A stretch of DNA of 64,000 bases, from positions 119,226,001 to 119,290,000 of the forward strand of contig OZ024744.1 in the NCBI GenBank assembly GCA_964016885.1. The letters run 5' to 3'. The notes beneath the pieces are model-generated. The model was not told where the DNA came from, did no database searches, and saw nothing but the letters and a program-made list of their open reading frames with translations. This DNA is from Eledone cirrhosa. Its lineage: Eukaryota. The position numbers and the translations under genes were made by a program. Numbering within the stretch: the stretch's first letter is position 1; each line of letters starts with the position of its first letter. Shown here piece after piece: positions 62,240-64,000 of the stretch.

Positions 62240-62788
62240 TGTCGGGTCACTCTTGAGTGCTACTGGTAACATGTAACCCAGTACAACCTGTCTCATGGTC
62301 GGGTCGTCGGCGACTAAACCAGAAACCTCACCAAGTTTACTTGGTGAGGAGGGTGATTTTGGACACCTTGCAGGACAAAAAACAAAACCTGACAAAAGGA
62401 CGGAAGAACTCATAAGAGTCAACAGCCATCCAAAAGTGTGTAAATATGTATATACATATGTACATATGTATGTATATGTATATGTGTATATACATGGATG
62501 CATGTGTATGAATATGCGCGGGGACATAGAAATAGTCGGGCTGGATACCCGATGGCATGGTTAAACCACTGGGAGTGAAGGACCCCTAGCTTTTGTCAGG
62601 GCATTCTTCTAGGAGAAGGCAACTCAGGAAACTGTCGCTCAGAGAGTAGGATTGGCTCAGTGCACTGTCTTTCCTTATTTTAGAAAATATCTTCACGCAC
62701 AGGCATTGCATGATAGAATTAATTAATAATGTTTAATAATGGTATAACGTGCAATGGCCATACTCGATAACGAGGGGGCAGCCATCAT
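62240..62788 (+). mobile_element. Non-autonomous bipartite RTE derivative (5' UTR joined to 3' terminus)
   Basis: ~62516-62634 matches the 5' UTR at 57964-58080; 62748-62788 is identical to 62177-62217; no coding sequence between. Confidence 0.78.
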
Positions 62789-62864
62789 ATGTATGTATGT
62801 ATATAAGTATGTTCTTCTGGTTATATAATTTCACAAATTTTTTATGTATGTATATATATATATG

Positions 62865-63962
62865 TTAGTATGTTCTCTCTTTCTCTTAATTTCGAGTATA
62901 TTTTTGACCGGCCACCTTCCTGGTGGCAAGGTTGTAAAAAAAAAGAAATTGAATCGCAAGAATGTTTTGCAAATTTTGAAGGTGCCAGCTATCGAAGTCA
63001 TACTTTGGTCCAAGCGGGTTGGTATATAACCCGTAGCTCCAATAATGATGGGTATGAAGCTAAAGGTGTATCTTGGATACTGGATTTGTAAACTCCTCAT
63101 CAATGGTCCGTAGATGTCCTCCTTATCCTGTATTTTTCTGACAATGTTTACATCAAGTGGGCAGCTGAACAAGTGGCAGCTCCACAACAGAACACGTTTT
63201 CAATGTGTGGTCCCAAACAACAATATCAGGCCGCTTGTGCTTTAATTTGGTGGCAGTTTTTATTTTCAGGTTCCACCAGTATTCCTTAGTGCCATCTGTC
63301 TCAATATATTTTTCCTCGTTTGTTTTTAATTTTGTTTTCCGAAGTGCGTTCCAGATAGTTCTAGCTATCCCATCGCGTCTCATGGGGAGGTAGTAGCGAG
63401 ATGACATTCTTTCGCAGCTGGCAACAATGTGGCTTACATCTTCGATCTTTGTTTTACATAGCCTGCATTTATTGTCAGCTGATGGCCCTCCTCTTTTATG
63501 CAGCAGATATTTGGTAGGGAGTTCTTGTTCCTGTATTGCATAGAGATATCCCTCAAGGTGTGATGTCATAAACTTGTCGGAACTCCATGCCAGGCGTTTT
63601 AAGTGGTTTATCCCCTCTATGGTCTGTGTGTTACGCCTCAAGTATCCATGCACAACTTTTTCTGTAAATTGGTCAATTTTTTCATCTTGTTTGAACATTG
63701 AATAGGATCTTCCGATTTCTCTGGGTGAGAGATTTATATCAGGCTTTATTCCATATCTCTCCTCCAGATCAGTCGCTATTCTAATGATATTTTTTTTCAT
63801 GCTCATAAACCTGGGCAAAATGGTTGCCAACCTTTTTCCTCTGTTGAAGGTGTTGCTTCAGTGTTACTATCCGGGTGTCATATGATGTTAATATGGATTT
63901 TAGACCCCGGCCACGTTCCTTGCGTGAGAAGTATAGCATATCCACATCGCCATTGATGTTAA
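62865..63962 (-). mobile_element. 5'-truncated R4/Dong-type LINE (CCHC finger + restriction-like endonuclease) in (TATG)n
   Basis: DVDMLYFSRKERGRGL; AIQEQ…CRLC…EDVSHIVASC…KRPDIVVWD…PIIIGATG; 3' UTR hairpin GCCACC-AGGAA-GGTGGC; flanked by TATG/TA repeats. Confidence 0.88.
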
Positions 63963-64000
63963 AGTATGTATGTATGTATGTATGTATGTATGTATGTATG

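Overview
Eukaryotic, gene-free, repeat-dominated DNA. The SINE types and microsatellite load suggest an octopod cephalopod (inference). Bases 1-17431 are a satellite of about 500 copies of 35/34-bp monomers with nested higher-order periodicity. Bases ~18.9-53.1 kb look like one AGTG(AT)n/GGG(AT)n microsatellite field broken up by nested transposons: RTE LINEs, a CRE-type fragment, a Helitron, a Penelope-like element, SINEs, a CR1 LINE split by a Gypsy LTR element that itself carries a solo-LTR-like insert, and three diverged Tx1/L1-type LINEs stacked head-to-tail through (ATT)n. The Tx1 stack is bracketed by inverted copies of a palindromic repeat carrying minimal hammerhead-ribozyme motifs. 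The last 10 kb hold a 2.45-kb unit with two VNTRs flanked by a 17-bp direct repeat, paired SINEs, a near-full-length RTE ending in three C2H2 fingers, a bipartite RTE derivative and an R4/Dong element. The most interesting candidates are the (ATT)n tail-as-target Tx1 array with a conserved splice donor at the ORF1/ORF2 boundary, the hammerhead palindrome, the SVA-like VNTR unit and LTRs lacking the terminal CA. All calls are by eye, without database searches. No host gene could be supported.
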